Source: an uncultured Candidatus Saccharibacteria bacterium (lineage in GTDB: Bacteria; Patescibacteriota; Minisyncoccia; Phycocordibacterales; CAZPGN01). From it: DNA of 64,000 bases. Numbering within the stretch: the stretch's first letter is position 1; each line of letters opens with the position of its first letter. Made by a program: the position numbers and the translations under genes. The notes below the pieces were generated by a model. That model was not told where the DNA came from. It was given only the letters and a program-made list of their open reading frames with translations, and searched no databases. This document shows positions 9,179-17,821 of the stretch, piece by piece. Location of the stretch: NCBI GenBank assembly GCA_964586635.1, contig CAZPGN010000001.1, forward strand, positions 72,932 through 136,931, given 5' to 3'.

Positions 9179-10447
9179 TCAGATACTTATTTCTCGGATG
9201 TAATCGAGAATCGACCGATATACGGAATATACTTTCTCGGCCGCCCTCTCCCATGTATTTTTGCGAGCTTCGTTTTTGCCGCGAACTCGAAGTGTCGCGG
9301 TAAGCGCCGGGCTTCGCAGTACCCCGATGATTTTGTTGACCATTTCATCCGTATCCCAGAAATCAACCTTGAGCGCGTGACGAACCGCCTCCGAGACTCC
9401 AGATTGCTTTGAAATGAGAACCGGTGTGCCCTCCGCCATTGCTTCAAGCGGCGCAATGCCAAATGGTTCGGACACGCTCGGCATGATATAGAGGTCTGCG
9501 GCGCGATAGAGAGCTGTCCTCTCATTCCCACGCACGAAACCGGCAAAGATTACCCTATCCGATATACCCGCGCGAGCGGCCTGCAGGATCATTTGCCGCT
9601 CCATATCCCCAGAACCTGCGAGGATAAAATATACATTCGGCTCGATCGCGAGTACGCCCTGCGCCGCCTTGAGAAAATAATCCGGGCCTTTTTGGAGCGT
9701 TATGCGTCCGAGAAAGAGCACTAGTTTTGCGCCGCTTCGCTTTAGAGCAGAGAGATCGAGCGGCAATGGCTCGGATTTGGCGCTCGTCTCTACTGCGTCA
9801 AGACGCGCTGACCGGCGCTTTTGACGCGGTGGTGGTTTGCTCTCTTCGACGGTTACACCATTGTGCACCACTGCTATTTTTTCAGGCGGTATGCCGTATC
9901 GGCGCACGATCGTGTCTTTCGTATAATTACTGACAGCAATGATGCGATCAGCGCGCTCCATGCCTTCGCGTTCTATATCGTATACGGTTTGGTTCACGCC
10001 CGCGCCGCCAGTGCGGTCGAATTCAGTTGCGTGCACATGAACGACAAGCGGCTTTCCCGTTGCCTCCCTCGCCGCCATACCCGCTCCGAACGATAACCAG
10101 TCGTGCGCATGTATAATGTCGAAATGAAGCTCGCTGGCCATCTGTCCAGCCCACAGCGCATATCGGCGCACTTCCTCGAGCAAGCCAAATGCCGCACGCT
10201 CGCCATCGGGGCTTGCGTATGCCGAAGCATCAGGCCATTTCAGTCCACCCAAAGAAGCGGCATCCTCGGCAAAAACTATTTTTGCATTGGGAGAGGACGG
10301 TGCCAATGACACGCGCCGAGGAAGAACGAATGTGAAGAAAACATCCTGGTCGCGAAATCCGCGCAGAAGACCTTCGCATGCGGTACCCAAACCGCCGCTA
10401 TTGTGGGGCGGCAGTTCCCAGCCAAACATAAGTACATGCATTTTCGC
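9179..10447 (-). CDS. glycosyltransferase, glycogen/starch synthase-like (GT4/GT5 fold)
   Basis: MAKMHVLMFGWELPPHNSGGLGTACEGL is a glycogen-synthase-type N-terminus (KxGGL motif). The C-terminal region has a GT-B EX7E-like segment. Confidence 0.65.
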   Translation of the reverse strand, partial: AKMHVLMFGWELPPHNSGGLGTACEGLLRGFRDQDVFFTFVLPRRVSLAPSSPNAKIVFAEDAASLGGLKWPDASAYASPDGERAAFGLLEEVRRYALWAGQMASELHFDIIHAHDWLSFGAGMAAREATGKPLVVHVHATEFDRTGGAGVNQTVYDIEREGMERADRIIAVSNYTKDTIVRRYGIPPEKIAVVHNGVTVEESKPPPRQKRRSARLDAVETSAKSEPLPLDLSALKRSGAKLVLFLGRITLQKGPDYFLKAAQGVLAIEPNVYFILAGSGDMERQMILQAARAGISDRVIFAGFVRGNERTALYRAADLYIMPSVSEPFGIAPLEAMAEGTPVLISKQSGVSEAVRHALKVDFWDTDEMVNKIIGVLRSPALTATLRVRGKNEARKNTWERAAEKVYSVYRSILDYIREISI

Positions 10448-10562
10448 CATAACACAGCACAACAACCTCGGCGATCACACGACACGCGAGACTAGCATAC
10501 AGAGTAACAAATTTGGATGCTTAACGCTGTTCAGGCTGTGGATAGCCCAGCTTGCATTTGTA

Positions 10563-11531
10563 TTATTTTTCGGGTACCCAATGTAATTGACACAGATTCC
10601 CGTGCGTTTTGTGGAAATTGTATGCGGATGTCGCCGCGACCGCACCCATTGCCGCGCCAGTAATGTCCTGCTTGAATGACCCAAATAGGTTGACTATGTC
10701 TCCCGCGGCAAATACTCCTTCGACATTTGTACGCATCATGGAATCAGTTGCGATATATCCATGATCATCGAGGGCCACTCCGAGCGAGACCGCAAGCTCG
10801 ACATGCGGAATCGCTCCGATTTCTACAAAAATCCCGTCTACTATAAGATCGGTCGAGCCCTTGTATTTCTTCGATAGGACTATCCTTTCTAATTTTTTTT
10901 CTCCGATAAGTTCGGCTATGGTTGTATCGAAAATAACTTCAACCTTATCTCCGAGCGATTTCATTTGCTCGAGATTGATCGGTTCGGCATTCAACTCACT
11001 CTTGTTTAGTGTTATGAGATAAATCTTCTCTGCATATTCTGCCGCAAGATTGAGACCTTTTACAGATGCGTCTCCCCCGCCAACGATCGCGATGGTCTTT
11101 CCTCCATAGAGCGGACCGTCGCAAGTAATGCAGAAATGGACGCCACGGCCTGTCAGCTCGGTTTCATTAGGTAGATTGAGATGGCGGCGCTCCGTACCGA
11201 TGCCAAACATTACCGTGCCGCCGAAATAACGTTTGTCTTTTACTGTAAGCGCAAAACAACCTCCGCCCTGCGAGATGGCAGTAACTCGACCGTCAAGAAA
11301 TAATGCCCCAAGCTCTTTCGCCTGGTCGCGCATTATCTTCATAAGCTCATAACCATCGACATGTGGAGCGCCGGGATAATTATGAATAGTGCCTGCCGTT
11401 GCCGTCTCGCCGCCAAACTTTTCTCCAATAACAAGCACGCGCATTTTATATCTGCCAGCATATAGCGCCGCGGACAGCCCAGCTACCCCCGAACCAATGC
11501 AAATGAGATCGTAGCGGTCATCCATACTCAA
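10563..11531 (-). CDS. trxB: thioredoxin-disulfide reductase
   Basis: GSGVAGLSAALYAGRY is an FAD GxGxxG/A motif. The redox-active CxxC is present (HFCITCDGPLYGG). A second nucleotide-binding motif IVGGGDASV is present. 322 aa. Confidence 0.85.
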   Translation of the reverse strand: MSMDDRYDLICIGSGVAGLSAALYAGRYKMRVLVIGEKFGGETATAGTIHNYPGAPHVDGYELMKIMRDQAKELGALFLDGRVTAISQGGGCFALTVKDKRYFGGTVMFGIGTERRHLNLPNETELTGRGVHFCITCDGPLYGGKTIAIVGGGDASVKGLNLAAEYAEKIYLITLNKSELNAEPINLEQMKSLGDKVEVIFDTTIAELIGEKKLERIVLSKKYKGSTDLIVDGIFVEIGAIPHVELAVSLGVALDDHGYIATDSMMRTNVEGVFAAGDIVNLFGSFKQDITGAAMGAVAATSAYNFHKTHGNLCQLHWVPEK

Positions 11532-11534
11532 GGG

Positions 11535-11777
11535 CTATACGTTAAGGTCAAGCAGGCCGGCAAGCTTATCCTTGTCGTAGCCGATAACCACTTCATTATC
11601 GATTTCGATGACAGGCACTCCCATTTGTCCTGTTTTTTCGATCATCGAATTACGCGCGGCTTCGTCTGTTGTCACATCGTGCTCTTCATACCGCACATTG
11701 TGTTCCTGAAAAAACTCTTTGGCCATTTTGCAGTACATGCATGTCGGCGTCGTGTAAATATGCACTTTCTTTTCCAT
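11535..11777 (-). CDS. glutaredoxin-like protein (NrdH/Grx family, CxxC)
   Basis: 80 aa. VHIYTTPTCMYCKMAKEFF is a Grx/NrdH CxxC motif. GVPVIEID is a conserved Grx motif. Confidence 0.7.
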   Translation of the reverse strand: MEKKVHIYTTPTCMYCKMAKEFFQEHNVRYEEHDVTTDEAARNSMIEKTGQMGVPVIEIDNEVVIGYDKDKLAGLLDLNV

Positions 11778-11813
11778 ACGCGAAAAAACATTACTTCATA
11801 ATACAATAATCGT

Positions 11814-11823
11814 AGTATACCAC
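11814..11823 (-). promoter_or_regulatory. candidate extended -10 promoter (TGgTATACT on the minus strand) for the nrdH-like/trxB operon
   Basis: The reverse complement of 11814..11823 reads GTGGTATACT, about 37 nt upstream of the ATG at 11777. Confidence 0.3.
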
Positions 11824-11990
11824 ATCGAAAAAAGAAATCCTCGCGTTCGCCTGGATATAAATTAGCCTGCAAACTTTTGTTCGGTTAGCATGCGAATTCA
11901 CCCACAACGTAACTGCTCACAACTCTCTGCAACGTCGCTTAAGGATCGGCAAGCACCTTCGTTGCCTCCATCTGTGGGTTCGCTATACGA

Positions 11991-12803
11991 TTACAATGGG
12001 CTTTTGATCTTCTTCAATCTTGGATTGGTCACTTGTGTATATACTTGTGTGGTTCGTATGTTGCTATGCCCGAGCAACTCTTGTACATAGCGTACATCAG
12101 TGCCATTTTCTAGTAAGTGTGTAGCAAACGAATGACGCAACGAATGAAAGGTTGCCAATTTGCTAACTTTCGCACTTGTTAAACTTTTACGAAACATTTT
12201 TTGCAGAGATGTTGTCGTAAGCTTGCCACCTCGATTAGAGGCAAAAACAAAATCACTCATATTTTTGCCTGCGATTATATTTCGCAAATCGTTTTGTAAT
12301 TTTTCTGGCAACACACTAATCCTGTCTTTCTTGCCTTTTGCTCCCTTGATGTGCACAACAAGCTCATTGATGTCCAAATCTGCTACTTTTAGTTCTACAA
12401 CCTCGCTGACTCTCATGCCACAAGCATAACCAAGCGAAATCATCAGTTTATATTTTGAATTATCAGTTACTTCAATAATTTTCCCAATTTCCGCCCGCGA
12501 TAACACGACGGGCAACTTTTTGTTTCTCTTCGCAAATTTTAGGTCAATCTTCTGCGGGTCTTTTAAGACTTCAGCATATAAATATTTCACGGCATTGAGC
12601 GCCAGATTGATGGTTTGCGGGGATTGTTTTCGTTTGTGTTTGTCTAGCAGAAAGTCCTCAACCGCTTTTTGCTTATCTTTAATTCCTTTTTCTTTAGAAA
12701 AACTGATATACTCTCTTATATAGAGTAAGTATGCTTTACGAGTCTTTGTGGAGTAATTTCTAAGTTTTAAAATTCTTTCAGTTTTGTCTAAAATATTTTC
12801 CAT
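11991..12803 (-). CDS. site-specific tyrosine recombinase (phage integrase / XerC/D family)
   Basis: The C-terminal catalytic region HSLRHSFATHLLENGTDVRYVQELLGHSNIRTTQVYTQV has the R...HxxR...Y signature with the catalytic Tyr. The N-terminal SAM-like core-binding domain is present. The start is trimmed to MENILDK. Confidence 0.8.
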   Translation of the reverse strand: MENILDKTERILKLRNYSTKTRKAYLLYIREYISFSKEKGIKDKQKAVEDFLLDKHKRKQSPQTINLALNAVKYLYAEVLKDPQKIDLKFAKRNKKLPVVLSRAEIGKIIEVTDNSKYKLMISLGYACGMRVSEVVELKVADLDINELVVHIKGAKGKKDRISVLPEKLQNDLRNIIAGKNMSDFVFASNRGGKLTTTSLQKMFRKSLTSAKVSKLATFHSLRHSFATHLLENGTDVRYVQELLGHSNIRTTQVYTQVTNPRLKKIKSPL

Positions 12804-12925
12804 AATCAAATAGTAGCAAAGTTTGCATAACAAACAAGATATTGCTACAATATGATCACATAGTTCGTATAAAAACCAGTTGTACGAAATTGAAAAATTT
12901 TTTTAACTATTAATAAATTATTTTT

Positions 12926-13261
12926 ATGTCTCAAGTCACCATCAAACAAGCTCAACAAATAGTCGATGACTGGATTAAAAGTATTGGTGTCCGCTATTTT
13001 TCTGAAATGACCCAGCTGGCTCAATTAACGGAGGAAGTGGGCGAAGTCGCACGAATAGTCTCAAGAACTTATGGCGATCAAAGTTTTAAAAAGACGGATG
13101 ACAAAAATTTGTCTGATGAATTGGCGGATGTATTATTCGTGCTAATCTGTCTTGCTAATCAAACAGGCGTTGACTTAACCGAGGCATTTCAGAAAAATAT
13201 GGATAAAAAAACGAACAGAGATAAAGACCGACATAAAAATAATTTAAAATTAAAGAAGTAA
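12926..13261 (+). CDS. MazG-like nucleoside triphosphate pyrophosphohydrolase
   Basis: 111 aa. EEVGEVARIV…DELADVLFVLICLAN is the MazG/NTP-PPase EExxE…D motif. Confidence 0.65.
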   Translation: MSQVTIKQAQQIVDDWIKSIGVRYFSEMTQLAQLTEEVGEVARIVSRTYGDQSFKKTDDKNLSDELADVLFVLICLANQTGVDLTEAFQKNMDKKTNRDKDRHKNNLKLKK

Positions 13262-13461
13262 AAATTTTTCAACATCGCACAACACGGCATATCTGGTTTC
13301 GCTACGCTACACCCAAATTGCTACGCAACTTCAGATATGTCGAAACGTTATACGCCATAATAAAAAGCCTCTATTGATTTTTTATAATAATTTTGGCAAT
13401 TTATTAGGTGAGGTCGAGATAACTTCAACAATTCAACATTAATTATCTAACATAAAAAATT

Positions 13462-13938
13462 ATGCCTAAAAAACCAGAAACATTTGGAGGATTTTCTCCT
13501 GAACCAGGGAGCAAAGATGAAGAAACAAGACAAGTTGAAAGTCTTGAGGAATGGCAAAAATATTGCGAAGAAATGTCAGAGGCGCGCGGAGAACCAAAAG
13601 AAGAAGATTGGGATAGAATAATGCAAGACGAAATGGAGTCAGAAGCGAGAGACGTAGAGGTTTATATTAGAAGAGCAAGATTAGCAGGAGACACGCGTAC
13701 TATTAGAGAAATAATAGATGATAAGGATGAGTTGGAAATTAAATTAAATGCATATACGGAACAAAGAAAAAAAGATGGTACCTATACTAATCCTTGGAAT
13801 ATACTCGTAGATTTTATGAAAGAGAATGTTTCTTCGTATGCTGCTTATCTCCAAAAGAGACAAGAAGAGGACGCTGAAGCCGATCCGTGGAATATCTATC
13901 TCGAATGGAAAGTTGGAAAGGACTTGAAAGATAAATAA
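13462..13938 (+). CDS. hypothetical highly acidic protein (Glu/Asp-rich)
   Basis: 158 aa, strongly acidic (EEWQKYCEEMSEARGEPKEEDWDRIMQDEMESEARD…). No recognisable family. Confidence 0.45.
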   Translation: MPKKPETFGGFSPEPGSKDEETRQVESLEEWQKYCEEMSEARGEPKEEDWDRIMQDEMESEARDVEVYIRRARLAGDTRTIREIIDDKDELEIKLNAYTEQRKKDGTYTNPWNILVDFMKENVSSYAAYLQKRQEEDAEADPWNIYLEWKVGKDLKDK

Positions 13939-14139
13939 ATTGCCAAAATTCTTAAACGAATAAGGAAAGCGGCTTTTTATTACAGCGTATAACAATGAAT
14001 ATGCGGTTCATGAAATTGCGCTTCTTGATTTTTCATGGAGGCGCAATTTCTTTCACCCATATTTGCCTCCGCTTCGCTACAGCAAACATCGCATATTCAT
14101 GAACGTTAGGCGAAATTTCATTTTTTACATCTATCACAT

Positions 14140-14844
14140 ATGCCCGAAAATTTTGAACCTACAATAGAACAAACTAAGCCATATTGGCAAAGAATGCGAG
14201 AGTTAGAAGCTCAACTTTTTCCTGAATTTAGGGATGAGCATTTTTGTATTGATTCACCAGAGACAAACAATTTTTATTTCGCCCCGAATGTACATTTCAA
14301 AAAAGATTTGGTAACAGAAGCAGATGTCGAAAATTTTAGAAAAGATCCAAAGCGACAAATGTTAAGCGTCGGGTCTGGTCCTGCATATTTAGAAAGACTG
14401 TTGGTACATTTAGGTGTAAACAAAGACAACATCATCCTTGCAGATAAAGAGCCGAGGGATTTGCCGACCGACTTCAAAACTAAAATTTTCGACATGTTTG
14501 GAGAATGGCCTGAATTCGAAGATGATCAAAAATTTGATCTAATAATATTTCCAGAAAATCCGTCAATCAATGTTCACTATGACTACGGCGAGGAGCGAAT
14601 TCAGGCGTTCACCTCACTCTTTGCAAAAGCATTGCAGCACTTGAAGCCAGAGGGCGAAATAAAAATTACTGGTAATCCAAACAGTGAAGAGATAACGGAA
14701 AAAGTTGAGCATGAGCTAAGGAAAGCAGGTTATGATGTTACGGTTCAAAATTTTTCCAACAAAGGAAAGGAATCATTAATTGTAGTAAAAAATGAAACAT
14801 CGCCTAACAGCGTGTATGAGGTTCAAGAAAAAGTGCGTAAATAA
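14140..14844 (+). CDS. putative class I SAM-dependent methyltransferase-like protein
   Basis: Motif I-like LSVGSGPAYLERLL, post-I acidic IILADKEP and motif II-like FDLIIFPEN are arranged in Rossmann-MTase order. Confidence 0.4.
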   Translation: MPENFEPTIEQTKPYWQRMRELEAQLFPEFRDEHFCIDSPETNNFYFAPNVHFKKDLVTEADVENFRKDPKRQMLSVGSGPAYLERLLVHLGVNKDNIILADKEPRDLPTDFKTKIFDMFGEWPEFEDDQKFDLIIFPENPSINVHYDYGEERIQAFTSLFAKALQHLKPEGEIKITGNPNSEEITEKVEHELRKAGYDVTVQNFSNKGKESLIVVKNETSPNSVYEVQEKVRK

Positions 14845-15066
14845 TTTTCAAAGGTTGCATTTTTTCTTTCACCCAAATTGCGCTGACGATAATCAGAGTT
14901 TAGTGATACAATGAAAGTATTGAGATAAGCAATGTTTAATCTAAATAACACGGCGCAACTTCGCATCATGCGGAAACGTTATGCGCCATAATAAAAAGCC
15001 GCTCATAAATTTGACTTATTTTTCCTTTAGGATATAATAGAATCGTTACAATTCACTTCAAACTAT

Positions 15067-15285
15067 ATGCGCAAAATTGACTTAAAAAATGTGGTGTGGA
15101 AAGAAGGAAAATATTATGTTTCCTGGAACCTAAACACGGCGATTTCTAGTTTTGGCGACACCAAAAAAGAAGCCCTTTTGGCGCTCCAAGAAGCATTAGA
15201 ATTATATTTTGAGGACATCCCAATTTCCAAAATAAACAAAGTGGAACGACCCGACTTGGTCCCATTTGTTTTTCAGCATGCCTAG
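15067..15285 (+). CDS. hicB: HicB-family antitoxin (UPF0150-like)
   Basis: 72 aa. It is immediately upstream of, and overlaps, a HicA-like toxin. The WKEGKYYVSWNLN…GDTKKEALLALQEALELYFE pattern matches the HicB N-terminal domain. Confidence 0.55.
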   Translation: MRKIDLKNVVWKEGKYYVSWNLNTAISSFGDTKKEALLALQEALELYFEDIPISKINKVERPDLVPFVFQHA

Positions 15286-15499
15286 ACCTATTCCCCTGAA
15301 ACAGGTAATCCGAGTCCTTAGAGATAAGGGCTTCTTTTTTGTGTCGCAGAAAGGTTCACACGCAAAGTTTCGTAAACCAGGAAGTCCAACTCGTACTGTA
15401 ATTGTAAAAATGGCAAAGAAAGAAGTACCGTACGGAACCTTTCAGTCGATTTTGCTTCAATCAGAATTAAAAGAAAGTGATTTTCGAGAGGAAAAATAA
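15278..15499 (+). CDS. hicA: HicA-family mRNA interferase toxin
   Basis: MPRPIPLKQVIRVLRDKGFFFVSQKGSHAKFRKPGSPTRTVIVKMAKKEVPYGTFQSIL matches the HicA/YcfA fold (KGSHxxF…P.H). The ATG overlaps the hicB stop (ATGCCTAG). Confidence 0.7.
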   Translation: MPRPIPLKQVIRVLRDKGFFFVSQKGSHAKFRKPGSPTRTVIVKMAKKEVPYGTFQSILLQSELKESDFREEK

Positions 15500-15534
15500 G
15501 TCAAACTTCAGATATGCGGATACGTTGTGTCGGG

Positions 15535-15557
15535 TCAAAGGTGTCAGGAACCTTTGA
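15535..15557. repeat. degenerate REP-like hairpin (TCAAAGGTGTCAGGAACCTTTGA) near the right end of the island
   Basis: Stem TCAAAGG/CCTTTGA. The loop TGTCAGGAA resembles the loop GGTCAGGAG of the canonical repeat. Confidence 0.3.
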
Positions 15558-15893
15558 CCAATAATGTTTAGTTCGTAATGCAATCAATAGTATAGCACTT
15601 AAGAAAAAAGAAAGCCTCGCGGATGCGAGGCGATCGATGAATCTCGGCGCATAAAACTGAAACCAAGGAGGTGAAACTAGTCTGCAGCGATTGAAGCGCC
15701 GAGAACTAAATGAACTAATTCGAGATTTTAATGCGAGGGCAATTAGCTTTCGGAAAACTGATTCTCACTGTAAAACTCTGCCCTCGCACTAGTAGTTTAG
15801 CATGGGATATCGAGCAGTCAATTACATTGCAATGTGAACAATAATGCGTAGAATGAAATCGGTACTGAACATTCAACCACGCGAGGAGGATGT

Positions 15894-16229
15894 ATGCAGT
15901 ATGAGAGATGGCTCTTCGTGGTGATTGCGCTCGCAGGGTATGTTCTCACGACGGACCCCGCGCATGGTTTTCAGCCAATTCCGCCTTACAGGACAACGGT
16001 GCAAAGTGCTGCGCCTCCCATGATGCGCGCAATCGCCGAGACCATTCCAGAGCGGTGCCGCTCACCTCGACCCGGGCGCGGTGAGGGCTATTTCATGTTC
16101 ATCCGCGTTGCTCCACATTGTGCGTGCGGACATGAACTCACGCTTCGAAACCCATTCAGGATGCGCCTGAATGTGCACTGCTTCGTTCACAAATTCCCTG
16201 AACCAATGACGGACTGCATTCGCCATTGA
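15894..16229 (+). CDS. hypothetical protein (signal-anchor-like N-terminus)
   Basis: 111-aa ORF preceded by AGGAGGATG. Hydrophobic N-terminus MQYERWLFVVIALAGYVLT. Confidence 0.35.
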   Translation: MQYERWLFVVIALAGYVLTTDPAHGFQPIPPYRTTVQSAAPPMMRAIAETIPERCRSPRPGRGEGYFMFIRVAPHCACGHELTLRNPFRMRLNVHCFVHKFPEPMTDCIRH

Positions 16230-16276
16230 AGATATGCCCCGCCTGCGCTCCACGCACGCGGGGCATCACATTTTTG

Positions 16277-16960
16277 CTATAGCGCCTGAAAGTCCGCGTC
16301 GGTTCCAGTCAAGCCGTTCGCCTTTGACCGTTTGCGAATTACAAACTCTTCATATTTTTCTGAAGCGGCGCGAAGCTTATGAAAACTCTTCTTTAATTCT
16401 TCGAGCACGGCGCTACTGCGCAAGGCGGCGGCGGGATGATATATCGGCATTATAATTCGCTCGCCCAACCAAAATGTTCTTCCTTGATCAGTTGATATGC
16501 GCGCATTCGGGAGGAAGTAATTCATCGCGAATCTACCGAGCGGGGCTATGATTTTTGGATCGATGATATCTATTTGTCGGGAGAGGTACGGCTTATAGGC
16601 TTCGATCTCCGCAGGAAATGGGTCGCGATTCTCCGGAGGCCGCCGTTTTACAATGTTCGTAATGTAGACATCTTCCCGTTTCCAGCCAATCGTAGCTATC
16701 ATCGCATCGAGTAGTTTGCCAGCGCGACCCACAAAAGGTCTGCGCAAACGGTCTTCATTCGACCCGGGGGCCTCCCCAACGAACATCACTTTGCAGTCAG
16801 AATTACCTTCGCCAAAGACCAAGTTTGCGGATCCGCGAAGCGGGAGGAGATCGTTGCGCTCGATTTCATCACAGAGAATTTCTAGCTCAGTCTGCTTATC
16901 CATATGTCGCACATTGTACTCCACACCGTGGGTTGTGGAAAACTTTGTATTTCTAAACAA
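16277..16960 (-). CDS. uracil-DNA glycosylase, family 4 (SPO1 DNA polymerase-related type)
   Basis: FVGEAPGSNEDRLRRPFVGRAGKLLD is the family 4 UDG motif A (GEAPG…F.G.AG.LL). The true start may be the internal Met (MDKQTELE). Confidence 0.75.
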   Translation of the reverse strand: MFRNTKFSTTHGVEYNVRHMDKQTELEILCDEIERNDLLPLRGSANLVFGEGNSDCKVMFVGEAPGSNEDRLRRPFVGRAGKLLDAMIATIGWKREDVYITNIVKRRPPENRDPFPAEIEAYKPYLSRQIDIIDPKIIAPLGRFAMNYFLPNARISTDQGRTFWLGERIIMPIYHPAAALRSSAVLEELKKSFHKLRAASEKYEEFVIRKRSKANGLTGTDADFQAL

Positions 16961-17306
16961 CCATCAAAGCTATACTGTACACGGCATTGTCCAAACACAG
17001 GAGGTGGTCTTTGTACAGAAAGTATGCACGGATGCATCGCCATGTTTCGCGAGAGGAAATCGAGTGCGCGCGCGACCGCCGCGAACTCAACGAGGTGGTA
17101 CGAAATGCAGAGGCGCGTGGCTGTATCAAATGCCTACGCCAATTGCACTATGTGCACACGCATCGAGATCGCTCATCGCATTGAAGCCCGCCCACTCGTG
17201 GACGGGCTTCTGTGCATATGGGGTACCCGTTGTCAGCATACTCGCAAACCATGCGGCGGCAAACGCGATAAGCTCTTTATTCGGTCTTTGAAGCAGTATC
17301 GTGTTC

Positions 17307-17726
17307 TCAAAGCCAGAGCGCCAGAAGCCCGCCAATGAGTGGAAATGTTACGAGGTAATAGCTTGTATTGATAGCGTAGAGTTTGATTGGGCGACCCTCC
17401 CATGTAACCATACCCATGAGCACCGGCGCATTGAAACCGAGCCATACTAGAAACCCAACCCATGCGCCCGAAGCGAACATGAGAGCATCGCTCACAATCA
17501 CAAAATATGCCATTACGAACGATGTCGCGATAGCACCAACAAGTCCGGAGACATACATCTTCCACATACCCTGCTTCGTCTGTTCCGTACGCTCCTCGGT
17601 CAGTCCCGCCAATCGCATCCACGCTATTCCGAATACTTTTGGAGAATACCAGACCATGCCAACAACCATCATAACGATGGCGGTTCCAAGCACCGCCCAA
17701 AAATTAATGTCACTGAAAAGAATCAT
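17307..17726 (-). CDS. integral membrane protein (DUF1761-like, 4 TM)
   Basis: 139 aa with four hydrophobic segments (AVLGTAIVMMVVGMVWY, LVGAIATSFVMAYFVIV, GAWVGFLVWLGF, YLVTFPLIGGLLALWL). Confidence 0.45.
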   Translation of the reverse strand: MILFSDINFWAVLGTAIVMMVVGMVWYSPKVFGIAWMRLAGLTEERTEQTKQGMWKMYVSGLVGAIATSFVMAYFVIVSDALMFASGAWVGFLVWLGFNAPVLMGMVTWEGRPIKLYAINTSYYLVTFPLIGGLLALWL

Positions 17727-17821
17727 AGGTGATAATCATTAATATACACACCCTGGCTCGACAAGCCTTCTGTGAAAGTATACCCCCAAATGCGTATAAT
17801 CTGTAATTGCATTCGCGTTCG

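Larger units (their letters stand above)
11827..15621. mobile_element. AT-rich integrated island of about 3.8 kb carrying a tyrosine recombinase and cargo (mazG-like, acidic protein, methyltransferase-like, hicBA); flanked by 19-bp imperfect direct repeats
   Basis: GC drops sharply between about 11.85 and 15.6 kb. GAAAAAAGAAATCCTCGCG at 11827..11845 and GAAAAAAGAAAGCCTCGCG at 15603..15621 are 18/19 identical. A phage-integrase-family recombinase sits at the left end, divergent from four cargo genes. Confidence 0.5.

Noticed and set aside
11991-12803. Calling the recombinase an integron integrase IntI
   Set aside because: At about 270 aa it is too short to hold the IntI-specific additional domain, and I cannot see that insertion. 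It is kept as a generic tyrosine recombinase. The integron-like cassette layout is reported only as a finding.
16904-17338. Plus ORFs 16716..17291, 16904..17338 and 16987..17184 in the gap between the UDG gene and the DUF1761-like gene
   Set aside because: They are Cys/Arg-rich with low-complexity translations, overlap each other in different frames and have no SD or family resemblance. The region is left unannotated, and a decayed gene is possible.
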